Source of the DNA: Burkholderiales bacterium
Lineage (GTDB): Bacteria; Pseudomonadota; Gammaproteobacteria; Burkholderiales; SHXO01
NCBI GenBank assembly: GCA_035501875.1
Contig: DATJVI010000001.1
Span: forward strand, 6,094 to 70,093
DNA: 64,000 nt
Direction: 5' to 3'
In this document: positions 54,961-64,000 of the stretch, in pieces
Layout of the letters: the number at the start of each line of letters is the position of its first letter
How positions within the stretch are numbered: position 1 is the stretch's first letter
The notes under the pieces: model-generated
Seen by the model: only the letters and a program-made list of their open reading frames with translations
Told to the model about the DNA's origin: nothing
Databases searched by the model: none
Position numbers and translations under genes: made by a program

Positions 54961-56346
54961 ATGAGTCTCGCAGTGGCCAACGTCCAGACGGCAATCGACG
55001 AGCTGCGTGCGCTGCTCGGCGAGCGCGTCTCCACCAGCAGCGGCGTGCGCGACCACCATAGCAAGGACGAATCCTGGCATCACCCGCATCGTCCCGATGC
55101 GGTGGCGTTTCCCGACACGACCGAAGAGGTGTCGCAGATCGTGCAGATCTGCGCACGCCACCGGACCCCGGTCGTGGCCTACGGCACCGGCACGTCTCTC
55201 GAAGGCAACGTCATCCCGCACCGGGGCGGCGTGGTGGTGGACCTCATGAACATGAATCAGGTCCTGCGGGTGAGCACCGAGGATCTGGATGCCACCGTGC
55301 AGGCGCGCGTCACCCGCAAGCAGCTGAACGAATACATCCGCGACCAGGGCCTGTTCTTCCCCATCGACCCCGGCGCCGACGCCTCGCTCGGCGGCATGGC
55401 GGCCACCCGCGCGTCCGGAACGAATGCGGTCCGCTACGGAACGATGCGCGAGAACGTGCTCGGGCTCACCGTAGTGCTCGCCGACGGGCGTGTCATCCGC
55501 ACCTCGCGCCGTGCGCGCAAATCCGCCGCTGGCTACGATCTCACCCGCCTGTTCGTGGGCAGCGAAGGCACGCTCGGGATCATCACCGAGGTGACGCTGC
55601 GGCTGTATGGCATCCCCGAGGCGATGGCCGCGGCCGTGTGCTCGTTCGACTCGCTCGAGGGCGCGGTCAACACCGTCATTCAGACCATCCAGCTGGGCGT
55701 CCCGGTGGCACGCATCGAGCTGCTCAATGACGTGCAGATGGACGCGGTCAATCGCTTCTCCAAGTTGAGCTATCCCGTCAAGGACACCCTGTTCCTCGAG
55801 TTCCACGGCACCGAGGCGGGGGTGGAGCAGCAGGCCGAGACGGTGCAGGCGATCGCGGCCGAGCATGGCGGCGGCGAGTTCAAGTGGGCCACCCGCCAGG
55901 AGGAGCGCGCCCACCTGTGGCAGGCGCGCCACGACGTCACCTACGCGAACAAGGCGCTGCGGCCCGGCTGCGAGATCTGGGCCACGGACGTGTGCGTGCC
56001 GATCTCACGCTTGGCGGAGTGCATTCTCGAGACCAAGCGGGACTTCGCATCGAGCTCGCTCATCGCGCCCATCGTGGGCCATGTGGGCGACGGCAACTTC
56101 CACTGCGGCTTCCTGATCGACCGCAACAACCCCGCCGAGATCCAGGAAGCCGAGCGGCTGAACGAGCGTCTGGTGCTGCGCGCCCTGGCGATGGACGGCA
56201 CCTGCACCGGCGAGCACGGCATCGGCTTGGGCAAGATGAAGTTCCTCACCGCCGAGCACGGCGAGGCGGTGAGCGTCATGCGCGAGATCAAGAAGGCGCT
56301 CGATCCGCTGAACATCCTCAACCCGGGGAAGATCTTCTCGCTTTGA
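54961..56346 (+). CDS. FAD-linked oxidase (GlcD/D-lactate dehydrogenase family)
   Basis: Trimmed to the ATG at 54961. It has an FAD_binding_4-type N-terminal domain (VVAYGTGTSLEGN) and a C-terminal tail CTGEHGIGLGK...LDP.NILNPGK. Confidence 0.8.
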   Translation: MSLAVANVQTAIDELRALLGERVSTSSGVRDHHSKDESWHHPHRPDAVAFPDTTEEVSQIVQICARHRTPVVAYGTGTSLEGNVIPHRGGVVVDLMNMNQVLRVSTEDLDATVQARVTRKQLNEYIRDQGLFFPIDPGADASLGGMAATRASGTNAVRYGTMRENVLGLTVVLADGRVIRTSRRARKSAAGYDLTRLFVGSEGTLGIITEVTLRLYGIPEAMAAAVCSFDSLEGAVNTVIQTIQLGVPVARIELLNDVQMDAVNRFSKLSYPVKDTLFLEFHGTEAGVEQQAETVQAIAAEHGGGEFKWATRQEERAHLWQARHDVTYANKALRPGCEIWATDVCVPISRLAECILETKRDFASSSLIAPIVGHVGDGNFHCGFLIDRNNPAEIQEAERLNERLVLRALAMDGTCTGEHGIGLGKMKFLTAEHGEAVSVMREIKKALDPLNILNPGKIFSL

Positions 56347-56358
56347 GCCGCGGGCGGC

Positions 56359-57783
56359 TCAGATCGATTCGAGAAACTTGAGCAGCGCTTCCCGATCGGG
56401 CTTGCTCATCTCGCGAAACGCCTCGCGCGACACCTCCGCCTCTCCTCCGTGCCAGAGGATCGCCTCGGCGGCGTTGCGCGCCCGCCCGTCGTGCAGCATC
56501 GGGCTGCTGCCGCTCACGGTCCTCGACAACCCCAACCCCCACAGCGGCGCGGTGCGCCAGTCGCGTCCCCCGGCCCGAAAGTCGGGCCGGTGATCGGCGA
56601 GCGCCTCGCCCATATCGTGCAACAGCAGATCGGTGTAGGCGCGCAGCCGCTGGTTGGCGAGCTGCGGCAGCGGCTCGAAGCGCGGTGCGGTCTGCAGCTC
56701 GGGCACGTGGCATACCGCGCACTTGGCCTGCACGAACAGCCGCTCGCCGCGCTGGAATTGCGGGTCGTCGACGTTGCGACGCGCCGGCACGGCCATGCCC
56801 TGCACCCAGAATTCCAGCTCGGCCCAGTCGCTGTCCACCAGCTCCGGATCGTTGGCCGGTAGCTGCTTGCGGCAGACCACCTGCACCGGCGGGCAGTTCT
56901 GCTCGTAGTACAGATGCGAGTTCACGCCCATGTCGGCGATGGCGGCGGCGGCGATCTGCTGCTTCACGCTCGGCTGGTTCGCCTTCCAGCCGAAGCGCCC
57001 GAGCGCCGTGCGCTGGTTCACGGCGTCCCACACGTAGTTGGGCCGCCCGTCGAAGCCCTGCGCGCGTTCTCGCTGCGCGAGCTCGAGGATGGTGGATTCG
57101 GGCACGGCTTCCAGCGGCCCCAGCCCCAGGATCGGCGGCGCCATCCGCAGCGACAGCATGATGTCATCGCCGAGCGGACCGAAGTTCAGGTGCTCGATGC
57201 GCAGCTTCGGCTTGCGCAGCATCACTTCCTCTCCGTCCGCGAGGATCGCCGCCTGGGGCTCCCAATCGAGATACAGATCTGCCTCCTGCGGCACCGGCTC
57301 CCCGGCGTAGGCGAAGTCCACCGACTGTCCCTGCAGCGCGCGATTCTGGAACTGGTCGCCGTAATTGGGGTGGCCCTTGGGGCCGCCGTGCTCGTCCTGC
57401 CCTGGGACGCTCAGGCGCACGAGCATGGACAGCAACTGCTCGTCGGGAGAGCTCGGCGGTGCACCGCGCCCGGCATGGACGTGACAAGCGCTGCAGCGGT
57501 CGGCGATGAAGGTCGGCCCCAGCCCCCAGTCGCCCTCCAGCGAGCTGATCACCACCCACCTCACGTTGAAGTGCAGGCGCCCGAGCATGAACTTCTGGAG
57601 CTGCTTCGCGTCGAGCACCGGCGCCGGCTCGGAGTAGGCGGACTGATCGAACCTGCGGATCGTGAAGGCGCCGGCCGAGAGCGTGGGATCGCTCGTGTCG
57701 CCGGGCTGGTCCGTCGCCGCGACCGACGCGGCGATCGCTCCGAGGACGGCAGCGAACGCGAGTGGGGCTGCGCGCATGGACAT
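56359..57783 (-). CDS. Dihaem oxidoreductase, DUF1111 family (predicted thiol oxidoreductase, COG3488)
   Basis: Trimmed to the ATG at 57783, with a signal peptide. Two CxxCH motifs (CSACH, CAVCH) and the C-terminal WHGGEA block characteristic of DUF1111. Confidence 0.7.
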   Translation of the reverse strand: MSMRAAPLAFAAVLGAIAASVAATDQPGDTSDPTLSAGAFTIRRFDQSAYSEPAPVLDAKQLQKFMLGRLHFNVRWVVISSLEGDWGLGPTFIADRCSACHVHAGRGAPPSSPDEQLLSMLVRLSVPGQDEHGGPKGHPNYGDQFQNRALQGQSVDFAYAGEPVPQEADLYLDWEPQAAILADGEEVMLRKPKLRIEHLNFGPLGDDIMLSLRMAPPILGLGPLEAVPESTILELAQRERAQGFDGRPNYVWDAVNQRTALGRFGWKANQPSVKQQIAAAAIADMGVNSHLYYEQNCPPVQVVCRKQLPANDPELVDSDWAELEFWVQGMAVPARRNVDDPQFQRGERLFVQAKCAVCHVPELQTAPRFEPLPQLANQRLRAYTDLLLHDMGEALADHRPDFRAGGRDWRTAPLWGLGLSRTVSGSSPMLHDGRARNAAEAILWHGGEAEVSREAFREMSKPDREALLKFLESI

Positions 57784-58129
57784 CCGTGACGGCCAAGTGG
57801 GATAGCCCGCATCATAGCAGCCGCGGGAAGGTTCGCGGCGGATGCGCTTGCGCAACCAGGAACCCGGCGCGCTGCACCGCCCCGCCGGACCATCGCTTCG
57901 AAAGCGTGCGCGCGGCGCTCCCGGGCGTGCCTCTTGCTACGCCCCCCGCGTCCGGGCCGCAGCCCTGCCCGTTCGCGAGCGGGGCGCAGCTCCCACGCCA
58001 CAGCATGCGCGGCGAGCGGCGACGGACGATTCGGGCCCGCGGGGACATGAAATTGTCATCGAGCGCGGGCGTTGTACAGGCATTGAGCTTGGACTAGCAT
58101 TCCAGGCGCAACTTTCTCGAGAGGCCAAG

Positions 58130-58918
58130 ATGGCGGTCGACCCCAGCAATCCCTACGCGGCACCCACGGCCCCGGTGGCGGACGTCGCCTCGGAGGCCGA
58201 GGCAGGGCGGTTCGTCCCGGGAGGAAGGGCAGTTCCTTCCGGCAACGGCTGGCAGTGGATCGTGCAGGGATTCGCGTTGTTCCAGCTCAGCCCGTGGATC
58301 TGGATCGTGAACCTCGTCATCCTGCTGGGGATCATGCTCGTGCTGGCCGTGCTCCCGATCGTGGGCAACGTGGCGCTGAACCTGCTGTATCCGGTGTTCG
58401 GCGCCGGGCTCATGCTGGGTTGCCAAGCGCTCACGCAGGGCGAGCCGCTCGAGATCGCACACCTGTTCGCGGGGTTCAAGGACAAGACCGGCGACCTGGT
58501 CATCGTCGGACTGCTGTATCTGGTGGGCGTGTTGGCCATTGCATTCGTCACGGCGCTGCTCGCCGGACTGAGCATGGTGAATCTCCTGTTCTCCACGCGG
58601 GCGATGGGGTCCTTCAATCCGACCGCGTTGCTGCTCGCGCTCCTGGTCATGGCCGCGCTCATGATCCCGCTGCTGATGGCGGTCTGGTTCGCGCCGGCGC
58701 TGGTGGTGTTCCACGATGTCAAACCGCTCGAAGCCATGCGGCAGAGCTTCCAGGGCTGCCTGAAGAACGTCGTGCCCTTCCTGGTCTATGGAATCATCGG
58801 CCTCATCCTCGGGATCCTCGCCACGATCCCGCTCGGCCTGGGGTGGCTGGCGTGGGGACCGACGGCGGTCGCATCGATCTATGCGTCGTACCGGGACATC
58901 TTCCTCGAGTCCGCCTGA
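58130..58918 (+). CDS. BPSS1780-like polytopic membrane protein
   Basis: ATG at 58130 (MAVDPSNPYAAPTAPVAD). GWQWIVQGFALF..., then five or six TM helices with the LEIAHLFAGF motif. The family name is from memory. Confidence 0.55.
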   Translation: MAVDPSNPYAAPTAPVADVASEAEAGRFVPGGRAVPSGNGWQWIVQGFALFQLSPWIWIVNLVILLGIMLVLAVLPIVGNVALNLLYPVFGAGLMLGCQALTQGEPLEIAHLFAGFKDKTGDLVIVGLLYLVGVLAIAFVTALLAGLSMVNLLFSTRAMGSFNPTALLLALLVMAALMIPLLMAVWFAPALVVFHDVKPLEAMRQSFQGCLKNVVPFLVYGIIGLILGILATIPLGLGWLAWGPTAVASIYASYRDIFLESA

Positions 58919-59070
58919 CGTTCACGGTGCGGCGGCCGGCATCGCGTGCGCGGAGCAGCCGGCGCTACTGACGAGTCGAACACCGGATCCGCGCAATTGG
59001 GCGTAAGCTGCCTATACCGCTAGCGTCACGAGTCTTCAGCTCGAACAGCTCGCGCTCCTCCCCCCACCGC

Positions 59071-59757
59071 ATGCTCGATACCGCGCGCGCCATCCCCACG
59101 CCTGAGGGCATCGAGCTCAGCCTACGCCTGGCCGGGCCTGTCTCGCGCGCTCTCGCGTGGGCGGTGGATTTATTGGTGCGACTCGCGGTCTTTGTCGCGC
59201 TCAGCATCCCGCTCGGCGTGCTGGGCTATGTGGGGTCCGGCTTGCTGCTGTTGCTGTGGTTCGCGCTCGAATGGCTGTATCCGACGCTCTTCGAGGTGTA
59301 CTTCGACGGCAGCACACCGGGCAAGCGATCGCTCGGGCTCATCGTCGTGCATGCCGACGGCACACCGGTAGGCCTGACGGCCTCTCTCACGCGCAACCTG
59401 CTGCGCGCGGTCGATTTCCTGCCTGCGCTGTACGGCTTCGGCCTGCTCGCGATGACGCTCAGCCGGGAGTTCCAGCGGCTCGGCGACATCGCCGCGGGAA
59501 CGGTCGTCGCCTATCGCGACACCGCGTTCCAGCAAGCGGCAATCCCGCAAGCGGTGCCGTTGCCGCCGCCCGGACCATTGACGGCGGAGGAGCAGCGCGC
59601 CGTGCTGGATTTGGCGGCGCGCAGCCGCTCGCTCACCGACGAGCGCTCCGAGGAGCTCGCCTCGATCGCGCCGGCCCTGACCGGCGGTCTGCAGGGCAGA
59701 CAGGCGCTCGAGCGACTGCTGTCCAACGCCAACTTTCTGATCGGACGCCGCGCCTGA
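59071..59757 (+). CDS. RDD-family membrane protein
   Basis: 228 aa. LAWAVDLLVR...G.TPGKR..GL.VV..DG...LTRNLLRAVDFLP is the RDD-domain pattern. First gene of a five-gene same-strand operon. Confidence 0.7.
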   Translation: MLDTARAIPTPEGIELSLRLAGPVSRALAWAVDLLVRLAVFVALSIPLGVLGYVGSGLLLLLWFALEWLYPTLFEVYFDGSTPGKRSLGLIVVHADGTPVGLTASLTRNLLRAVDFLPALYGFGLLAMTLSREFQRLGDIAAGTVVAYRDTAFQQAAIPQAVPLPPPGPLTAEEQRAVLDLAARSRSLTDERSEELASIAPALTGGLQGRQALERLLSNANFLIGRRA

Positions 59758-59776
59758 ATCTCCCGATGAAACCGGC

Positions 59777-60760
59777 ATGACGCAGCAGGAGTTCGAGAGC
59801 CGTTACGCGGCGCGCTGGGAGGAGTTCGCCGCGTGGCTGCAGCAGTCGAGGACGAAGCGGCCGCGCGGACAACCGCCGCCTCCAATCGATGCATTCGAGG
59901 TGCCGGCCCGATACCGCGAGCTGTGCCAGCATCTCGCACTCGCGCGCGACCGCCAGTACAGCGGCGACTTGATCGAGCGCTTGAGCCGACTGGCGCTCGC
60001 CGGGCACCAGGCGTTGTACGGCGCGCGCACGCGCGGCCCCGAACGCGTCCTGGGATTCTTGCGCGCCGGCTTCCCACGCGCCGTGCGCCGCGAGATCGCC
60101 TTCGTCTGGTTGGCGGCGTTGCTCTTTTTCGGTCCCATCGCGGTGTTGAGCTTCGCCGTGCCGCGCCACCCGGACTTCGCCTACGTCGTGCTTCCAGCCA
60201 GGATCCTCGACGAGTTCCAGCAGATGTACGGCGACAGCGCCAAGAGCCTGGGGCGCAAGCGCGAGGCAGACAGCGATGTCGCCATGTTCGGCTTCTACAT
60301 CTACAACAACGTGCGCATCGGGTTTCAGACCTTCGCCGGCGGACTGCTGTTCGGGCTGGGCACGCTCTTCTACCTGCTGTTCAACGGGCTGCTCATCGGC
60401 ACGCTGATGGGCTACGTCGTGCACCTGGGGCTGGCGACGAATTTCTTCTCCTTCGTGAGCGGCCATAGCGCCTTCGAGCTCACCGCCATCTGCCTCTCCG
60501 GGGCGGCGGGGCTCAAGCTCGGCTACGTGCTGATCGCGCCCGGACGCCGCGCGCGCGCGGCGGCATTGCGCACCGCGGCCGTCGAGGCCTTGCCGTTGGT
60601 GGTGGGACTGGCGGGAATGCTGCTGATCGCGGCCGCGATCGAAGCGTTCTGGTCGCCGCGGACCTCGGTGCCGCCGCCGCTGAAGTATGGCGTCGGCGCG
60701 GCCGGGTGGCTGTTGGTCTTGGCTTACTTCGGTTTCGTGGGACGCGAGCGTGGAGCTTGA
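59777..60760 (+). CDS. SpoIIM-like (DUF95) integral membrane protein
   Basis: 327 aa. N-terminal soluble helix region, then FYIYNNVRIGFQTFAGGLLFGLGTL..LLFNG...G and HSAFELTAI, typical of the stage II sporulation protein M family. Confidence 0.65.
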   Translation: MTQQEFESRYAARWEEFAAWLQQSRTKRPRGQPPPPIDAFEVPARYRELCQHLALARDRQYSGDLIERLSRLALAGHQALYGARTRGPERVLGFLRAGFPRAVRREIAFVWLAALLFFGPIAVLSFAVPRHPDFAYVVLPARILDEFQQMYGDSAKSLGRKREADSDVAMFGFYIYNNVRIGFQTFAGGLLFGLGTLFYLLFNGLLIGTLMGYVVHLGLATNFFSFVSGHSAFELTAICLSGAAGLKLGYVLIAPGRRARAAALRTAAVEALPLVVGLAGMLLIAAAIEAFWSPRTSVPPPLKYGVGAAGWLLVLAYFGFVGRERGA

Positions 60761-62339
60761 CCGCCTCGCCGTCGTGCTGCGTCAGCGCAACCCCTGGGAG
60801 GCGATGGACCTGGGGTTCGCGATGACGCGCGAGTGGTGGCGTCCGGCCTATTGCGCGTGGCTGATCGTGCTCGTCCCTCCCGCGTTGGCCGCCGTCGCGC
60901 TGTTGCCACCCGCCTGGGCGATCCTCACGGTATGGTGGCTCAAGCCGGCGTTCGAGCGCATCCCGCTGCACGTGCTCGCCGGCGCGGTCTTCGGCTCTCC
61001 GCCGCCGCTGCGGGAGACCTTGCTCGGCTTTGCATCGTACGCGCGCAACGGACTGCTGATCTCGCTGCTGCCCCCAGTCAGGCTGTTCCTCTGGTCGCGC
61101 TCGTTCGATCTGCCGATCCGGCAGCTCGAGGGCGCGCGTGGCCGCGAGCGGCGCAACCGCACGAAACAGCTCCATCGTCGTGCCCAGACCTACGCGGTGA
61201 GATTGACCGCTGCGTGCCTGGGCTTCGAGCTGGTGGTACTCGCATCGCTCATCGGCTTGTACGATCTGCTGCTGCCGGCGACGATCCAGGAGTCCTTCGA
61301 CATCTTCGCGCTGCTGCGCGCGTGGGCCAGCTCGCGGCTGGGCCAGCTGGTGGCCGCGCTCTATGTCGTCTGCGTCGCGTTGATCGGACCGCTCTACGTC
61401 GCAGCCGGCTTTGCGCTCTACCTCGCGCGGCGCACGCAGCTCGAAGGCTGGGATCTGGAGGTGCAGTTGCGCCGTATCGCGCAACACGCGCACGCGCGAC
61501 AGACGTCGTCCCCGGTCGCGACCCGGGCAGCGATCACGACGCTGCTTGCGCTCGTCGTCGTGTCGGGTGCAGCGCTCGCACCGGTGCCTGGCTTCGCGCA
61601 GGAGCGCAGCGAGACTGCCGCTCGGGAAGATGCGCCGCACTCCCCGGCGGGCGCGCCGGCCGAACCCGGCGCCGAGGCCGCGGCATCCCCCGCAGCGCCC
61701 GTCGTCTATCGCCATGGCCGCGCCTCGGCCGAGATCAAGACCGTGCTTGCGTTGCCGACGTTCGAGCGCTACGAGACTCGGCTTGTGATCAAGCCGCTGC
61801 ACAAACCCGAGCCGGAGGAGCGGCGCAACCTCGACTCCCTGCACTCGCTCATCCGATCGGTTGCCGAAGTCATGCGCGTGGCCGCATGGGCCTTGCTCGC
61901 CGCATTCGTGGCTTTTGCGGCGTACTGGGTACTGAGGCGGCTGGATTGGCTGCGCCCCGAATCGACTGCGGCGTGGACGCCGCCGGCAACGTTGTTCGGC
62001 CTGGACGTGCGTCCCGCGAGCCTGCCCGAGGATGTCGCCGGTGCGGCCACTGCGCTCGCCGCACAGGGCGACCTGGTGGGTGCGCTGTCGCTGCTGTATC
62101 GCGGATCGCTGGTCGCGCTGATGCACCGGGACCGCATCGAGCTCGCCAGCGGCGATACCGAATCCGACTGTCTGACCAAGACACATCGGCAAATGGCTGA
62201 GCCCGCGCATGCCTATCTGGTGCGCCTCCTGTTGGCGTGGCAGCGCGCCGCGTATGCGCACCGCGCAGTGCCGCCCGCCGAGGTGCAACAACTGGTCGCC
62301 GAGTGGCCCGCATTCTTCCGCATGGGGACGGCAGCATGA
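60750..62339 (+). CDS. Membrane protein with C-terminal DUF4129-like domain
   Basis: In-frame GTG at 60750 overlaps the upstream stop by 11 nt; the ORF-track start at 60687 is also possible. Multiple N-terminal TM helices, an Ala/Pro-rich linker, a late TM helix, then LPEDV...A..G....AL.LLYRG.L.......I....GDTE.DC, consistent with DUF4129. Confidence 0.55.
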   Translation: MELDRLAVVLRQRNPWEAMDLGFAMTREWWRPAYCAWLIVLVPPALAAVALLPPAWAILTVWWLKPAFERIPLHVLAGAVFGSPPPLRETLLGFASYARNGLLISLLPPVRLFLWSRSFDLPIRQLEGARGRERRNRTKQLHRRAQTYAVRLTAACLGFELVVLASLIGLYDLLLPATIQESFDIFALLRAWASSRLGQLVAALYVVCVALIGPLYVAAGFALYLARRTQLEGWDLEVQLRRIAQHAHARQTSSPVATRAAITTLLALVVVSGAALAPVPGFAQERSETAAREDAPHSPAGAPAEPGAEAAASPAAPVVYRHGRASAEIKTVLALPTFERYETRLVIKPLHKPEPEERRNLDSLHSLIRSVAEVMRVAAWALLAAFVAFAAYWVLRRLDWLRPESTAAWTPPATLFGLDVRPASLPEDVAGAATALAAQGDLVGALSLLYRGSLVALMHRDRIELASGDTESDCLTKTHRQMAEPAHAYLVRLLLAWQRAAYAHRAVPPAEVQQLVAEWPAFFRMGTAA

Positions 62340-62403
62340 GCCGCCGCGGGCGAGGGCCGCACCGTGCTGTTGTCATTTCCAGTCGCGACTCGAGAGCGGC
62401 CCG

Positions 62404-63663
62404 ATGAAGCAGCGCGCGCTGTATCTGGCCGTGGGCGGTCTCGCGTTGTGCGCGCTCGCCTTCTGGTTCACACAGAACTATGCCGTCGTGCACGAGCGGG
62501 TGGAGGTCGGCCTGCAGGGCGAAGCCCGCGCGAACGGGCTGCTCGCTGCGAGGATGCTGCTGCAGCGGATGGGCGCGCGCGTCCAGGAGACGAGCGAGCT
62601 GCGCGGCTTCGAGATCATTCCTCCGACCGCCACGATTTTCTTGAGCGCCGATCGCACCGAGCTCGACCCGACTCAGACGCGGGCGCTGCTGGGATGGGTG
62701 AAGGGCGGGGGTCAACTGGTGATCGCCGCCGGGCCGCCGCAGCACTGGGATCCGGTGCTCCAGGCCATCGGCGTGCACGTGCGGGCCGCGGAAGCGCCCG
62801 GGCCGACCAACGGGGCCGACGACATCGCGCTGCCGGACGGCTCCCATGTCCGCGTCATGCTGCGGGCCGCTTTCGCGCTCACCGTGGACAGCGGACAGGC
62901 AAACTGGCAGCACGATTCCGGCGGCGAAACGCGCATGCTGCGCATCGCGCTGGGCGAGGGTCTGGTCACCGTGATGCCCACCTTCGCTCCGTTCAGCAAT
63001 GCCGAGATCGGTCGCTTCGATCACGCCGAGCTGCTGTGGTGGCTCGCCGAGCGCCAAGGCCAGCAGCCGGTCGTATGGATCGTCCGCCACCTGCGGGCGC
63101 AGAGCCTGCCGCAATGGCTGATCGACAACGCGCTGCCGGCGATCATCGCCCTCGCTGTCTTCCTGCTGCTGTGGCTGTGGCGCGTCATTCCGCGGTTCGG
63201 CCCGGTGCAGCCCACGCCCGCAGCGGATCGCCGCCGCTTGATCGAGCAGCTCACCGCGATGGGCCGCTTCTATGCCATGCAGCGGCGCCTCCCGCAGCTC
63301 GTGCAAACGCTGCGGCAGGACGGGCTGGAGCTGCTGGAAAGCCGCGCCCCGGAGACGCGCGGCCTGGAGGGTACGGCGCGTCTGAAAGCCGCGGCACGGC
63401 TCGCGCGGCTGCGTACGAGCGACATCACCCATGCATTTTCCGCCAACGTGCGCACCCCGCACGACTTCATGCTCGCGGTGCGCGCTCTATCGTTGTTCCG
63501 CCATCGGCTGTCGCTCCCGGCGCGCAACGAATCGAGCCGCAGGCGCCCGAGCGCAACGGCCGGGACCCCGCCCTCGAGCGAGCGCCGCCGCGCGACGCGA
63601 CAATGGCGGCTGCATCGCGAACCCATCCTCGGCGCCCGCGACCACGAGAGACAACGGACATGA
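62404..63663 (+). CDS. DUF4350-like membrane-anchored protein
   Basis: ATG at 62404 (MKQRALYLAVGGLALCALAFWF). After the N-terminal anchor there is a globular domain (LLGWVKGGGQLVIAA), a second TM helix and a basic tail. The position between DUF4129 and MoxR fits the conserved arrangement. Confidence 0.5.
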   Translation: MKQRALYLAVGGLALCALAFWFTQNYAVVHERVEVGLQGEARANGLLAARMLLQRMGARVQETSELRGFEIIPPTATIFLSADRTELDPTQTRALLGWVKGGGQLVIAAGPPQHWDPVLQAIGVHVRAAEAPGPTNGADDIALPDGSHVRVMLRAAFALTVDSGQANWQHDSGGETRMLRIALGEGLVTVMPTFAPFSNAEIGRFDHAELLWWLAERQGQQPVVWIVRHLRAQSLPQWLIDNALPAIIALAVFLLLWLWRVIPRFGPVQPTPAADRRRLIEQLTAMGRFYAMQRRLPQLVQTLRQDGLELLESRAPETRGLEGTARLKAAARLARLRTSDITHAFSANVRTPHDFMLAVRALSLFRHRLSLPARNESSRRRPSATAGTPPSSERRRATRQWRLHREPILGARDHERQRT

Positions 63664-64000
63664 ACGAGACCATGGCCAGCGACATCGGCAGCCAGGCGCT
63701 GCGCGCGGTGAGCGCGTTGCGCAAGGAGATCGCCAAAGCTTTGATCGGTCAGAACGCGGTCATCGACCAGGTGCTGATCGCGCTGCTCGCCGGCGGCCAC
63801 GTGCTGATCGAAGGCGTGCCGGGCGTGGGCAAGACGCTGCTGGTCCAAGCGCTCGCCAAGACCTTCGACGGGCGCTTCGCCCGCATCCAGTTCACGCCCG
63901 ACCTGATGCCGGCCGACGTCACCGGGCACACGTTGTACGACCAGGCCACGCGCCAGTTCACGACCCGCAAGGGCCCGGTATTCACCAACCTGCTGCTCGC
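63660..64000 (+). CDS. MoxR-family AAA+ ATPase (5' part, truncated by the window end)
   Basis: Not in the ORF track because it is open-ended. ATG at 63660 overlaps the upstream TGA (ATGA). My translation MNETMASDIG...IGQNAVIDQVLIALLAGGHVLIEGVPGVGKTLLVQALAKTFDGRFARIQFTPDLMPADVTG contains the MoxR Walker A motif and the diagnostic IQFTPDL.P.D block. Confidence 0.85.
   Translation, partial: MNETMASDIGSQALRAVSALRKEIAKALIGQNAVIDQVLIALLAGGHVLIEGVPGVGKTLLVQALAKTFDGRFARIQFTPDLMPADVTGHTLYDQATRQFTTRKGPVFTNLLL

Noticed and set aside
42922-64000. MoxR/VWA genes as a conflict or defence system (vWA-MoxR-type NTP-dependent systems)
   Set aside because: No effector domain is visible (nuclease, protease, TIR, pore-former), nor is there a neighbouring restriction, abortive-infection or mobile-element context. 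Both modules consist of polytopic membrane proteins typical of housekeeping Bat-like or MoxR2-like loci.
1-64000. Search for CRISPR arrays, tRNA/rRNA/tmRNA/SRP/RNase P genes, transposases, integrases and prophage genes
   Set aside because: I found no regularly spaced direct repeats beyond the 24531-24686 element. I saw no T-loop-like GGTTCGA motifs or conserved ncRNA boxes in the intergenic gaps I inspected, and no ORF with recombinase or transposase signatures. The scan was by eye, so small ncRNAs may have been missed.

Overview
This is a visibly GC-rich, gene-dense chromosomal segment. Gene content suggests an uncultured Beta- or Gammaproteobacterium, but that placement is only an inference. 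I call about 59 protein-coding genes, trimming many ORF-track starts to internal start codons. I found no rRNA, tRNA, CRISPR array, transposase, integrase, phage gene or recognisable defence effector, so the window reads as core or accessory metabolism and envelope functions, not a mobile island. I see no clear-cut novel system.

Recognisable modules:
- an elaB/yqjE/yqjK-type membrane stress operon
- a periplasmic sulfur module: exported DsrE-like protein, orphan solute-binding protein and a fused TsdB-TsdA-like tetrahaem cytochrome
- a two-glycosyltransferase plus LpxH-like phosphoesterase glycolipid locus
- the arsS radical-SAM / DedA-FAD oxidoreductase / two-glycosyltransferase operon, with no arsM in the window
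- a PQQ alcohol dehydrogenase with the lanthanide-type D-x-D signature, plus a cytochrome c
- a CoA-transferase / acyl-CoA dehydrogenase / methyltransferase locus
- a Bat-like double-anchor/VWA membrane operon with no adjacent ATPase
- an RDD / SpoIIM-like / DUF4129 / DUF4350 / MoxR operon that runs off the 3' edge

Best leads for follow-up:
- the two MoxR-type membrane modules, which are conserved but functionally uncharacterised
- the exported DsrE / TsdBA trio
- an intergenic element of phased 9-nt GTGAA/TTCAC arrays flanking a perfect 12-bp GC hairpin
- a 59-aa ORF, below the ORF-track cutoff, that matches the C-terminal helix of HflK and sits downstream of an HflC-like gene
- two operons encoding secreted proteins I cannot assign

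All family names come from motif recognition by eye and memory, not from searches.
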